From assembly GCA_002189035.1 (NCBI GenBank), contig NEEC01000195.1, positions 1-64,000 on the forward strand: a stretch of 64,000 bases of DNA. Reading direction: 5' to 3'. Shown piece after piece: positions 51,901 to 64,000 of this stretch (the first letter of the stretch is position 1; each line of letters opens with the position of its first letter). This stretch comes from Utricularia gibba. Lineage: Eukaryota; Plantae; Magnoliophyta. The notes below the pieces were generated by a model, which saw only the letters and a program-made list of their open reading frames with translations, had not been told where the DNA came from and searched no databases. The position numbers and the translations under genes are program-made.

Positions 51901-54900
51901 ATGCAAATCGATGAATACAATGTTGCATTTGTTTAAATTGCGATATCACGTGCACCCCATGATTTTTTCAACAACTTACTTTATACTGAGGAGGCGGTCT
52001 TGGGGGCACTTGGAACGGAAAAAGGTTTGGCTTGCCCAAAGTAAGTTGTAGTCCGGCAAATAAAGTGATGTATTTATTATCGTTCGGTTTTCGGGGGCTG
52101 CCTACATGGTTTTTCAAGGAACCGCTTCTCGTTTTGTGGCGGCCAGTCTCGCTGGGAACTTGGTCCTTGACCCCGATTCTGTATGGCTCATGAGGTCAAC
52201 TGGATGCAAATCGATTAAAAAAAATGATGCATTTGTTTAAATTACGATGTCACGTGCACCCCACATGATTTTTTAACAACATACTTTATACTGAGGAGGC
52301 GGTCTTGGGGGGCACTTGGAACCGGAAAAGGTCAGCTTAGGCCTTGGCCCAAAGTAAGTTGTAGCCCGGCAAAGAAAGTGATGTATTTATTAACGTTCGG
52401 TTTTCGGTGTTGCCTACATGGTTTTTCAAGGAACAGCTTCTCGTTTTGTGGCGGCCAGTCTCGCTAGGAACTTGGTCCGGGCCCGCGATTCTTTATGGCT
52501 CATGAGGACAAAAGGATGCAAATCGATGAATACAATGTTGCATTTGTTTAAATTGCGATATCACGTGCACCCCACATGATTTTTTCAACAACTTACTTTA
52601 TACTTGAGCAGGCGGTCTTTGGGTGCACCTGGAACGGGACAAAGGTAGGTTTGGCTTGCCGAGAGTTAGTTGTAGTCCGGCAAATAAAGTGATGTATTTA
52701 TTATCGTTCGGTTTTCGGGGCTGCCTACATGGTTTTTCAAGGAACCGCTTCTCGTTTTGTGGCGGCCAGTCTCGCTGGGAACTTGGTCCTTGACCCCGAT
52801 TCTGTATGGCTCATGAGGTCAACTGGATGCAAATCGATTAAAAAAAATGATGCATTTGTTTAAATTACGATGTCACGTGCACCCCACATGATTTTTTCAA
52901 CATACTTTATACTTGAGGAGGCGGTCTTGGGGCACTTGGAACCGGAAAAAGATCAGCTTAGGCCTTGGCCCAAAGTAAGTTGTAGCCCGGCAAAGAAAGT
53001 GATGTATTTATTAACGTTCGGTTTTCGGTTGCCTACATGGTTTTTCAAGGAACAGCTTCTCGTTTTGTGGCGGCCAGTCTCGCTGGAACTTGGTCCGCCC
53101 GATTCTTATGGCTCATGAGGGGATGCAAATCGATCATTTGTTTAAATTGCGATATCACGTGCACCCCACATGATTTTTTCAACAATACTTTATACTTGAG
53201 AGGCGGTCTTTGGGGCACTTGGAACCGGAAAGCAGCTTAGGCTTGGCCAAAGTAAGTTGTAGCCCGGCAAAGAAAGTGATGTATTTTATTTTTCGGTTTT
53301 CGGGGTTGCCTACATGGTTTTTCAAGGAACAGCTTCTCGTTTTGTGGCGGCCAGTCTCGCTGGAACTTGGTCCCCCCGATTCTTATGGCTCATGAGGTCA
53401 ACTGGATGCAAATCGATTAAAAAAATGATCATTTGTTTAAATTATGATGTCACGTGCACCCCACATGATTTTTTCAACAACTTACTTTATACTGAGAGGC
53501 GGTCTTGGGGGCACTTGGAACGGAAAAAGGTCAGCTTAGGCTTGGCCAAAGTAAGTTGTAGCCGGCAAATAAAGTGATGTATTTATTATCGTTCGGTTTT
53601 CGGGGTGCCTACATGGTTTTTCAAGGAACCGCTTCTCGTTTTGTGGCGGCCAGTCTCGCTGGGAACTTGGTCCTTGACCCCGATTCTGTATGGCTCATGA
53701 GGTCAACTGGATGCAAATCGATTAAAAAAAATGATGCATTTGTTTAAATTACGATGTCACGTGCACCCCACATGATTTTTTAACAACTTACTTTATACTG
53801 AGGAGGCGGTCTTGGGGGCACTTGGAACCGGAAAAAGGTCAGCTTAGGCCTTGGCCCAAAGTAAGTTGTAGCCCGGCAAAGAAAGTGATGTATTTATTAA
53901 CGTTCGGTTTTCGGTGTTGCCTACATGGTTTTTCAAGGAACAGCTTCTCGTTTTGTGGCGGCCAGTCTCGCTAGGAACTTGGTCCGGGCCCGATTCTTTA
54001 TGGCTCATGAGGACAAAAGGATGCAAATCGATGAATACAATGTTGCATTTGTTTAAATTGCGATATCACGTGCACCCCACATGATTTTTTCAACAACTTA
54101 CTTTATACTTGAGCAGGCGGTCTTTGGGTGCACTGGAACGGGACAAAGGTAGGTTTGGCTTGCAGAGAGTTAGTTGTAGTCCGGCAAATAAAGTGATGTA
54201 TTTTATTATCGTTCGGTTTTCGGGGCTGCCTACATGGTTTTTCAAGGAACCGCTTCTCGTTTTGTGGCGGCCAGTCTCGCTGGGAACTTGGTCCTTGACC
54301 CCGATTCTGTATGGCTCATGAGGTCAACTGGATGCAAATCGATTAAAAAAAATGATCCATTTGTTTAAATTATGATGTCACGTGCACCCCACATGATTTT
54401 TTCAACAACTTACTTTATACTGAGAAGGCGGTCTTGGGGCACTTGGAACCGGAAAAAGGTCAGCTTAGGCCTTGGCCCAAAGTAAGTTGTAGCCCGGCAA
54501 AGAAAGTGATGTATTTATTAACGTTCGGTTTTCGGTGTTGCCTACATGGTTTTTCAAGGAACAGCTTCTCGTTTTGTGGCGGCCAGTCTCGCTAGGAACT
54601 TGGTCCGGGCCCGCGATTCTTTATGGCTCATGAGGACAAAAGGATGCAAATCGATGAATAAATGTTGCATTTGTTTAAATTGCGATATCACGTGCACCCC
54701 ACATGATTTTTTCAACAACTTACTTTATACTTGAGCAGGCGGTCTTTGGGTGCACTGGAACGGGACAAAGGTAAGGTTGGCTTGCCCGAGAGTTAGTTGT
54801 AGTCCGGCAAATAAGTGATGTATTTATTATCGTTCGGTTTTCGGGGCTGCCTACATGGTTTTTCAAGGAACCGCTTCTCGTTTTGTGGCGGCCAGTCTCG

Positions 54901-57900
54901 CTGGGAACTTGGTCCTTGACCCCGATTCTGTATGGCTCATGAGGTCAACTGGATGCAAATCGATTAAAAAAAATGATGCATTTGTTTAAATTACGATGTC
55001 ACGTGCACCCCACATGATTTTTTAACAACATACTTTATACTGAGGAGGCGGTCTTGGGGGCACTTGGAACCGGAAAAGGTCAGCTTAGGCCTTGGCCCAA
55101 AGTAAGTTGTAGCCCGGCAAAGAAAGTGATGTATTTATTAACGTTCGGTTTTCGGTGTTGCCTACATGGTTTTTCAAGGAACAGCTTCTCGTTTTGTGGC
55201 GGCCAGTCTCGCTAGGAACTTGGTCCGGGCCCGCGATTCTTTATGGCATGAGGACAAAAGGATGCAAATCGATGAATACAATGTTGCATTTGTTTAAATT
55301 GCGATATCACGTGCACCCCACATGATTTTTTCAACAACTTACTTTATACTTGAGGAGGCGGTCTTGGGGCACTGGAACGGAAAAGGTCAGCTTAGGCTTG
55401 AAAGTAAGTTGTAGTCCGGCAAATAAAGTGATGTATTTATTATCGTTCGGTTTTCGGGGGCTGCCTACATGGTTTTTCAAGGAACGCTTCTCGTTTTGTG
55501 GCGGCCAGTCTCGCTGGGAACTTGGTCCTTGACCCCGATTCTGTATGGCTCATGAGGTCAACTGGATGCAAATCGATTAAAAAAAATGATGCATTTGTTT
55601 AAATTACGATGTCACGTGCACCCCACATGATTTTTTTAACAACTACTTTATACATGAGGAGGCGGTCTTGGGGGCACTTGGAACCGGAAAAAGGTCAGCT
55701 TAGGCCTTGGCCCAAAGTAAGTTGTAGCCCGGCAAAGAAAGTGATGTATTTATTAACGTTCGGTTTTCGGTGTTGCCTACATGGTTTTTCAAGGAACAGC
55801 TTCTCGTTTTGTGGCGGCCAGTCTCGCTAGGAACTTGGTCCGGGCCCGCGATTCATGCAAAAGGATGCAAATCGATGAATACAATGTTGCATTTGTTTAA
55901 ATTGCGATATCACGTGCACCCCACATGATTTTTTCAACAACTTACTTTATACTTGAGCAGGCGGTCTTTGGGTGCACTGGAACGGGACAAAGGTAGGTTT
56001 GGCTTGCACGAGAGTTAGTTGTAGTCCGGCAAATAAAGTGATGTATTTATTATCGTTCGGTTTTCGGGGGCTGCCTACATGGTTTTTCAAGGAACCGCTT
56101 CTCGTTTTGTGGCGGCCAGTCTCGCTGGGAACTTGGTCCTTGACCCCGATTCTGTATGGCTCATGAGGTCAACTGGATGCAAATCGATTAAAAAAATGAT
56201 CATTTGTTTAATTATGATGTCACGTGCACCCCACATGATTTTTTCAACAACTTACTTTATACTTGAGGAGGCGGTCTTGGGGCACTTGGAACCGGAAAAA
56301 GATCAGCTTAGGCTTGGCCCAAAGTAAGTTGTAGCCGGCAAAGAAAGTGATGTATTTATTAACGTTCGGTTTTCGGTTGCCTACATGGTTTTTCAAGGAA
56401 CAGCTTCTCGTTTTGTGGCGGCCAGTCTCGCTGGGAACTGGTCCCCCCGATTCTTATGGCTCATGAGGTGGATGCAAATCGATTAAAAAAATGATGCATT
56501 TGTTTAAATTACGATATCACGTGCACCCCACATGATTTTTTCAACAACTTACTTTATACTGAGAGGCGGTCTTTGGGCACTTGGAACGGAAAAGATCAGC
56601 TTAGGCCTTGGCCCAAAGTAAGTTGTAGCCCGGCAAAGAAAGTGATGTATTTATTAACGTTCGGTTTTCGGGTTGCCTACATGGTTTTTCAAGGAACAGC
56701 TTCTCGTTTTGTGGCGGCCAGTCTCGCTAGGAACTTGGTCCCGATTCTTTATGGCTCATGAGGACAAAAGGATGCAAATCGATGAATACAATGTTGCATT
56801 TGTTTAAATTGCGATATCACGTGCACCCCACATGATTTTTTCAACAACTTACTTTATACTTGAGCAGGCGGTCTTTGGGTGCACCTGGAACGGGAAAAAG
56901 GTAAGGTTTGGCTTGCACCGAGAGTTAGTTGTAGTCCGGCAAATAAAGTGATGTATTTATTATCGTTCGGTTTTCGGGGGCTGCCTACATGGTTTTTTCA
57001 AGGAACCGCTTCTCGTTTTGTGGCGGCCAGTCTCGCTGGGAACTTGGTCCTTGACCCCGATTCTGTATGGCTCATGAGGTCAACTGGATGCAAATCGATT
57101 AAAAAAAATGATGCATTTTTTAAATTACGATGTCACGTGCACCCCACATGATTTTTTCAACAACTTACTTTATACTTGAGGAGGCGGTCTTTGGGTGCAC
57201 TTGGAACCGGAAAAAGATCAGCTTAGGCCTTGGCCCAAAGTAAGTTGTAGCCCGGCAAAGAAAGTGATGTATTTATTAACGTTCGGTTTTCGGTGTTGCC
57301 TACATGGTTTTTCAAGGAACAGCTTCTCGTTTTGTGGCGGCCAGTCTCGCTAGGAACTTGGTCCGGGCCCGCGATTCTTTATGGCTCATGAGGACAAAAG
57401 GATGCAAATCGATGAATACAATGTTGCATTTGTTTAAATTGCGATATCACGTGCACCCCACATGATTTTTTCAACAACTTACTTTATACTTGAGAGGCGG
57501 TCTTGGGTGCACCTGGAACGGGAAAAGGTAAGGTTTGGCTTGCACCGAGAGTAGTTGTAGTCCGGCAAAAAAGTGATGTATTTATTATCGTTCGGTTTTC
57601 GGGGGCTGCCTACATGGTTTTTCAAGGAACCGCTTCTCGTTTTGTGGCGGCCAGTCTCGCTGGGAACTTGGTCCTTGACCCCGATTCTGTATGGCTCATG
57701 AGGTCAACTGGATGCAAATCGATTAAAAAAATGATCCATTTGTTTAAATTACGATGTCACGTGCACCCCACATGATTTTTTTAACAACTTACTTTATACT
57801 TGAGAAGGCGGTCTTGGGGCACTTGGAACCGGAAAAAGATCAGCTTAGGCTTGGCCCAAAGTAAGTTGTAGCCCGGCAAAGAAAGTGATGTATTTATTAA

Positions 57901-60900
57901 CGTTCGGTTTTCGGTTGCCTACATGGTTTTTCAAGGAACAGCTTCGTTTTGTGGCGGCCAGTCTCGCTAGGAACTTGGTCCGGGCCCGCGATTCTTTATG
58001 GCTCATGAGGACAAAAGGATGCAAATCGATGAATACAATGTTGCATTTGTTTAAATTGCGATATCACGTGCACCCCACATGATTTTTTCAACAACTTACT
58101 TTATACTTGAGGAGGCGGTCTTTGGGGGCACTTGGAACGGAAAAAGGTAGGTTAGGCTTGCCAAAGTAAGTTGTAGTCCGGCAAATAAAGTGATGTATTT
58201 ATTATCGTTCGGTTTTCGGGGGCTGCCTACATGGTTTTTCAAGGAACCGCTTCTCGTTTTGTGGCGGCCAGTCTCGCTGGGAACTTTGGTCCTTGACCCC
58301 GATTCTGTATGGCTCATGAGGTCAACTGGATGCAAATCGATTAAAAAAATGATGCATTTGTTTAAATTACGATGTCACGTGCACCCCACATGATTTTTTT
58401 AACAACTACTTTATACATGAGGAGGCGGTCTTGGGGGCACTTGGAACCGGAAAAAGGTCAGCTTAGGCCTTGGCCCAAAGTAAGTTGTAGCCCGGCAAAG
58501 AAAGTGATGTATTTATTAACGTTCGGTTTTCGGTGTGCCTACATGGTTTTTCAAGGAACAGCTTCTCGTTTTGTGGCGGCCAGTCTCGCTAGGAACTTGG
58601 TCCGGGCCCGCGATTCTTTATGGCTCATGAGGACAAAAGGATGCAAATCGATGAATACAATGTTGCATTTGTTTAAATTGCGATATCACGTGCACCCCAC
58701 ATGATTTTTTCAACAACTTACTTTATACTTGAGCAGGCGGTCTTTGGGTGCACTGGAACGGGACAAAGGTAGGTTTGGCTTGCGAGAGTTAGTTGTAGTC
58801 CGGCAAATAAAGTGATGTATTTATTATCGTTCGGTTTTCGGGGGCTGCCTACATGGTTTTTCAAGGAACCGCTTCTCGTTTTGTGGCGGCCAGTCTCGCT
58901 GGGAACTTGGTCCTTGACCCCGATTCTGTATGGCTCATGAGGTCAACTGGATGCAAATCGATTAAAAAAATGATGCATTTGTTTAAATTACGATGTCACG
59001 TGCACCCCACATGATTTTTTAACAACATACTTTATACATGAGAGGCGGTCTTGGGGGCACTTGGAACCGGAAAAAGGTCAGCTTAGGCCTTGGCCCAAAG
59101 TAAGTTGTAGCCCGGCAAAGAAAGTGATGTATTTATTAACGTTCGGTTTTCGGTGTTGCCTACATGGTTTTTCAAGGAACAGCTTCTCGTTTTGTGGCGG
59201 CCAGTCTCGCTAGGAACTTGGTCCGGGCCCGCGATTCTTTATGGCTCATGAGGACAAAAGGATGCAAATCGATGAATACAATGTTGCATTTGTTTAAATT
59301 GCGATATCACGTGCACCCCACATGATTTTTTCAACAACTTACTTTATACTTGAGAGGCGGTCTTGGGGGCACTGGAACGGAAAAAGGTCAGCTTAGGCTT
59401 GCCCAAAGTAAGTTGTAGTCCGGCAAATAAAGTGATGTATTTATTATCGTTCGGTTTTCGGGGGCTGCCTACATGGTTTTTCAAGGAACCGCTTCTCGTT
59501 TTGTGGCGGCCAGTCTCGCTGGGAACTTGGTCCTTGACCCCGATTCTGTATGGCTCATGAGGTCAACTGGATGCAAATCGATTAAAAAAAATGATGCATT
59601 TGTTTAAATTACGATGTCACGTGCACCCCACATGATTTTTTCAACAACTTTATTTACTTGAGAGGCGGTCTTGGGGGCACTTGGAACCGGAAAAAGGTCA
59701 GCTTAGGCCTTGGCCCAAAGTAAGTTGTAGCCCGGCAAAGAAAGTGATGTATTTATTAACGTTCGGTTTTCGGTGTTGCCTACATGGTTTTTCAAGGAAC
59801 AGCTTCTCGTTTTGTGGCGGCCAGTCTCGCTAGGAACTTGGTCCGGGCCCGATTCTTTATGGCTCATGAGGACAAAGGATGCAAATCGATGAATACAATG
59901 TTGCATTTGTTTAAATTGCGATATCACGTGCACCCCACATGATTTTTTCAACAACTTACTTTATACTTGAGCAGGCGGTCTTTGGGTGCACCTGGAACGG
60001 GACAAAGGTAGGTTTGGCTTGCGAGAGTTAGTTGTAGTCCGGCAAATAAAGTGATGTATTTATTATCGTTCGGTTTTCGGGGTGCCTACATGGTTTTTCA
60101 AGGAACCGCTTCTCGTTTTGTGGCGGCCAGTCTCGCTGGGAACTTGGTCCTTGACCCGATTCTGTATGGCTCATGAGGTCAACTGGATGCAAATCGATTA
60201 AAAAAAATGATCCATTTGTTTAAATTATGATGTCACGTGCACCCCATGATTTTTTAACAACTTACTTTATACTTGAGGAGGCGGTCTTTGGGTGCACTTG
60301 GACCGGAAAAAGATCAGCTTAGGCTTGGCCCAAAGTAAGTTGTAGCCCGGCAAAGAAAGTGATGTATTTATTAACGTTCGGTTTTCGGTGTTGCCTACAT
60401 GGTTTTTCAAGGAACAGCTTCTCGTTTTGTGGCGGCCAGTCTCGCTGGGAACTTGGTCCGACCCCGATTCTATGGCTCATGAGGACAAAGGATGCAAATC
60501 GATTAAAAAAAATGATGCATTTGTTTAAATTGCGATATCACGTGCACCCCACATGATTTTTTTCAACAAACTTTATACTTGAGGAGGCGGTCTTGGGGCA
60601 CTTGGAACCGGAAAAAGGTCAGCTTAGGCCTTGGCCCAAAGTAAGTTGTAGCCCGGCAAAGAAAGTGATGTATTTATTAACGTTCGGTTTTCGGTGTTGC
60701 CTACATGGTTTTTCAAGGAACAGCTTCTCGTTTGTGGCGGCCAGTCTCGCTAGGAACTTGGTCCGGGCCCGATTCTTTATGGCTCATGAGGACAAAAGGA
60801 TGCAAATCGATGAACAATGTTGCATTTGTTTAAATTGCGATATCACGTGCACCCCACATGATTTTTTCAACAACTTACTTTATACTTGAGCAGGCGGTCT

Positions 60901-63900
60901 TTGGGTGCACCTGGAACGGGACAAAGGTAAGGTTTGGCTTGCACCGAGAGTTAGTTGTAGTCCGGCAAAAAGTGATGTATTTATTATCGTTCGGTTTTCG
61001 GGGGCTGCCTACATGGTTTTTCAAGGAACCGCTTCTCGTTTGTGGCGGCCAGTCTCGCTGGGAACTTGGTCCTTGACCCCGATTCTGTATGGCTCATGAG
61101 GTCAACTGGATGCAAATCGATTAAAAAAAATGATCCATTTGTTTAAATTATGATGTCACGTGCACCCCACATGATTTTTTCAACAACTTACTTTATACTT
61201 GAGAAGGCGGTCTTGGGGGCACTTGGAACCGGAAAAAGATCAGCTTAGGCCTTGGCCCAAAGTAAGTTGTAGCCCGGCAAAGAAAGTGATGTATTTATTA
61301 ACGTTCGGTTTTCGGTTTGCCTACATGGTTTTTCAAGGAACAGCTTCTCGTTTTGTGGCGGCCAGTCTCGCTAGGAACTTGGTCCGGGCCCGCGATTCTT
61401 TATGGCTCATGAGGACAAAGGATGCAAATCGATGAATACAATGTTGCATTTGTTTAAATTGCGATATCACGTGCACCCCACATGATTTTTTCAACAACTT
61501 ACTTTATACTTGAGCAGGCGGTCTTTGGGTGCACTGGAACGGGACAAAGGTAGGTTTGGCTTGCAGAGAGTTAGTTGTAGTCCGGCAAATAAAGTGATGT
61601 ATTTATTATCGTTCGGTTTTCGGGGGCTGCCTACATGGTTTTTCAAGGAACCGCTTCTCGTTTTGTGGCGGCCAGTCTCGCTGGGAACTTGGTCCTTGAC
61701 CCCGATTCTGTATGGCTCATGAGGTCAACTGGATGCAAATCGATTAAAAAAAATGATCCATTTGTTTAAATTATGATGTCACGTGCACCCCACATGATTT
61801 TTTCAACAACTTACTTTATACTTGAGAAGGCGGTCTTTGGGTGCACTTGGAACCGGAAAAAGATCAGCTTAGGCCTTGGCCCAAAGTAAGTTGTAGCCCG
61901 GCAAAGAAAGTGATGTATTTATTAACGTTCGGTTTTCTGTTGCCTACATGGTTTTTCAAGGAACAGCTTCTCGTTTTGTGGCGGCCAGTCTCGCTAGGAA
62001 CTTGGTCCGGGCCCGCGATTCTTTATGGCTCATGAGGACAAAAGGATGCAAATCGATGAATACAATGTTGCATTTGTTTAAATTGCGATTCACGTGCACC
62101 CCACATGATTTTTTCAACAACTTACTTTATACTTGAGAGGCGGTCTTTGGGGGCACTTGGAACGGAAAAAGGTAGCTTAGGCTTGCCCAAGTAAGTTGTA
62201 GTCCGGCAAATAAAGTGATGTATTTATTATCGTTCGGTTTTCGGGGGCTGCTACATGGTTTTTCAAGGAACCGCTTCTCGTTTTGTGGCGGCCAGTCTCG
62301 CTGGGAACTTGGTCCTTGACCCGATTCTGTATGGCTCATGAGGTCAACTGGATGCAAATCGATTAAAAAAAATGATCCATTTGTTTAAATTATGATGTCA
62401 CGTGCACCCCACATGATTTTTTCAACAACTTACTTTATACTTGAGAAGGCGGTCTTTGGGTGCACTTGGAACCGGAAAAAGATCAGCTTAGGCCTTGGCC
62501 CAAAGTAAGTTGTAGCCGGCAAAGAAAGTGATGTATTTATTAACGTTCGGTTTTCGGTGTTGCCTACATGGTTTTTCAAGGAAACAGCTTCTCGTTTTGT
62601 GGCGGCCAGTCTCGCTAGGAACTTGGTCCGGGCCCGCGATTCTTTATGGCTCATGAGGACAAAAGGATGCAAATCGATGAATAAATGTTGCATTTGTTTA
62701 AATTGCGATTCACGTGCACCCCACATGATTTTTTCAACAACTTACTTTATACTTGAGCAGGCGGTCTTTGGGTGCACGGAACGGGACAAAAAGGTTTGGC
62801 TTGCACCGAGAGTTAGTTGTAGTCCGGCAAATAAAGTGATGTATTTATTATCGTTCGGTTTTCGGGGGCTGCCTACATGGTTTTTCAAGGAACCGCTTCT
62901 CGTTTTGTGGCGGCCAGTCTCGCTGGAACTTGGTCCTTGACCCCGATTCTGTATGGCTCATGAGGTCAACTGGATGCAAATCGATTAAAAAAAATGATCC
63001 ATTTGTTTAAATTATGATGTCACGTGCACCCCACATGATTTTTTCAACAACTTACTTTATACTTGAGGAGGCGGTCTTTGGGGCACTTGGAACCGGAAAA
63101 AATCAGCTTAGGCCTTGGCCCAAAGTAAGTTGTAGCCCGGCAAAGAAAGTGATGTATTTATTAACGTTCGGTTTTCGGTGTTGCCTACATGGTTTTTCAA
63201 GGAACAGCTTCTCGTTTTGTGGCGGCCAGTCTCGCTAGGAACTTGGTCCGGGCCCGCGATTCTTTATGGCTCATGAGGACAAAAGGATGCAAATCGATGA
63301 ATACAATGTTGCATTTGTTTAAATTGCGATATCACGTGCACCCCACATGATTTTTTCAACAACTTACTTTATACTTGAGAGGCGGTCTTGGGGCACTGGA
63401 ACGGAAAAGGCTTAGGCTTGGCAAAGTTAGTTGTAGTCCGGCAAATAAAGTGATGTATTTATTATCGTTCGGTTTTCGGGGGCTGCCTACATGGTTTTTC
63501 AAGGAACCGCTTCTCGTTTTGTGGCGGCCAGTCTCGCTGGGAACTTGGTCCTTGACCCCGATTCTGTATGGCTCATGAGGTCAACTGGATGCAAATCGAT
63601 TAAAAAAAATGATGCATTTGTTTAAATTACGATGTCACGTGCACCCCACATGATTTTTTTAACAACTACTTTATACTGAGAGGCGGTCTTGGGGGGCACT
63701 TGGAACCGGAAAAAGGTCAGCTTAGGCCTTGGCCCAAAGTAAGTTGTAGCCCGGCAAAGAAAGTGATGTATTTATTAACGTTCGGTTTTCGGTGTTGCCT
63801 ACATGGTTTTTCAAGGAACAGCTTCTCGTTTTGTGGCGGCCAGTCTCGCTAGGAACTTGGTCCGGGCCCGCGATTCTTTATGGCTCATGAGGACAAAAGG

Positions 63901-64000
63901 ATGCAAATCGATGAATACAATGTTGCATTTGTTTAAATTGCGATATCACGTGCACCCCACATGATTTTTTCAACAACTTACTTTATACTTGAGCAGGCGG

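Larger units (their letters stand above)
1..64000 (+). repeat. Tandem satellite array, ~311-313 bp monomer, about 206 head-to-tail copies, open at both window ends
   Basis: The anchor ACTTTATAC(T/A)TGAG recurs at 1, 313, 626, 937, 1237 and onward to 63980. Near-invariant blocks (GTGATGTATTTATTA, CCTACATGGTTTTTCAAG, GGCGGCCAGTCTCGC, TGGCTCATGAGG, GGATGCAAATCGAT, TCACGTGCACCC) recur in the same order and orientation throughout. No non-repeat sequence was seen. Confidence 0.99.

Noticed and set aside
137-63578. About 200 short ORFs (60-145 aa) with recurring peptides such as MVFQGTASRFVAASLARNLVRARDSLWLMRTKGCKS and VSCSPAKKVMYLLTFGFR
   Set aside because: They are translations of the same monomer in all three forward frames and in reverse. 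Their starts and ends shift with single-base indels, every monomer contains stops, and no recognisable domain or frame preservation is evident.
1-64000. CRISPR array
   Set aside because: There are no unique spacers. The entire 312-bp unit is repeated, and no cas genes are present.
56252-64000. Exact 13-monomer (~4.0 kb) segmental duplication
   Set aside because: The order of unit types matches between 56252-60263 and 60264 onward, but fine variants (ACATGAG, GATCC, TTATG) do not correspond position by position.
1-64000. Homopolymer length variation (A7-A9, T5-T8, G3-G6, C3-C4) as biological polymorphism
   Set aside because: The variation is scattered and biased toward single-base loss, which is typical of long-read consensus error.

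Overview
The whole 64-kb window is one uninterrupted, head-to-tail tandem repeat (satellite DNA) of about 206 copies of a ~311-313 bp monomer, all in the same orientation. I found no genes, RNA genes, mobile elements or unique sequence. The ORFs in the track are recurring reading frames of the monomer that open and close with small indels. The array is layered. (1) Each monomer looks like an ancient fusion of two diverged ~157 and ~155 bp halves. (2) Two monomer types, A and B, differing at about 40 sites (~12-13%), alternate to give a ~623 bp higher-order dimer. (3) A/B hybrid monomers, local 4-mer and 7-mer patterns, and position-restricted variants overlay the dimer. This organisation resembles a eukaryotic centromeric or pericentromeric satellite, but the organism and any centromere function cannot be established from the sequence. 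One half of the monomer shows a patchy, colinear resemblance to plant 5S rRNA, which is a weak but testable lead on the origin of the repeat. Many mosaic monomers lack the base exactly where A and B differ, so part of the apparent diversity is probably a consensus/polishing artefact. All counts and unit classifications were made by eye and are approximate.
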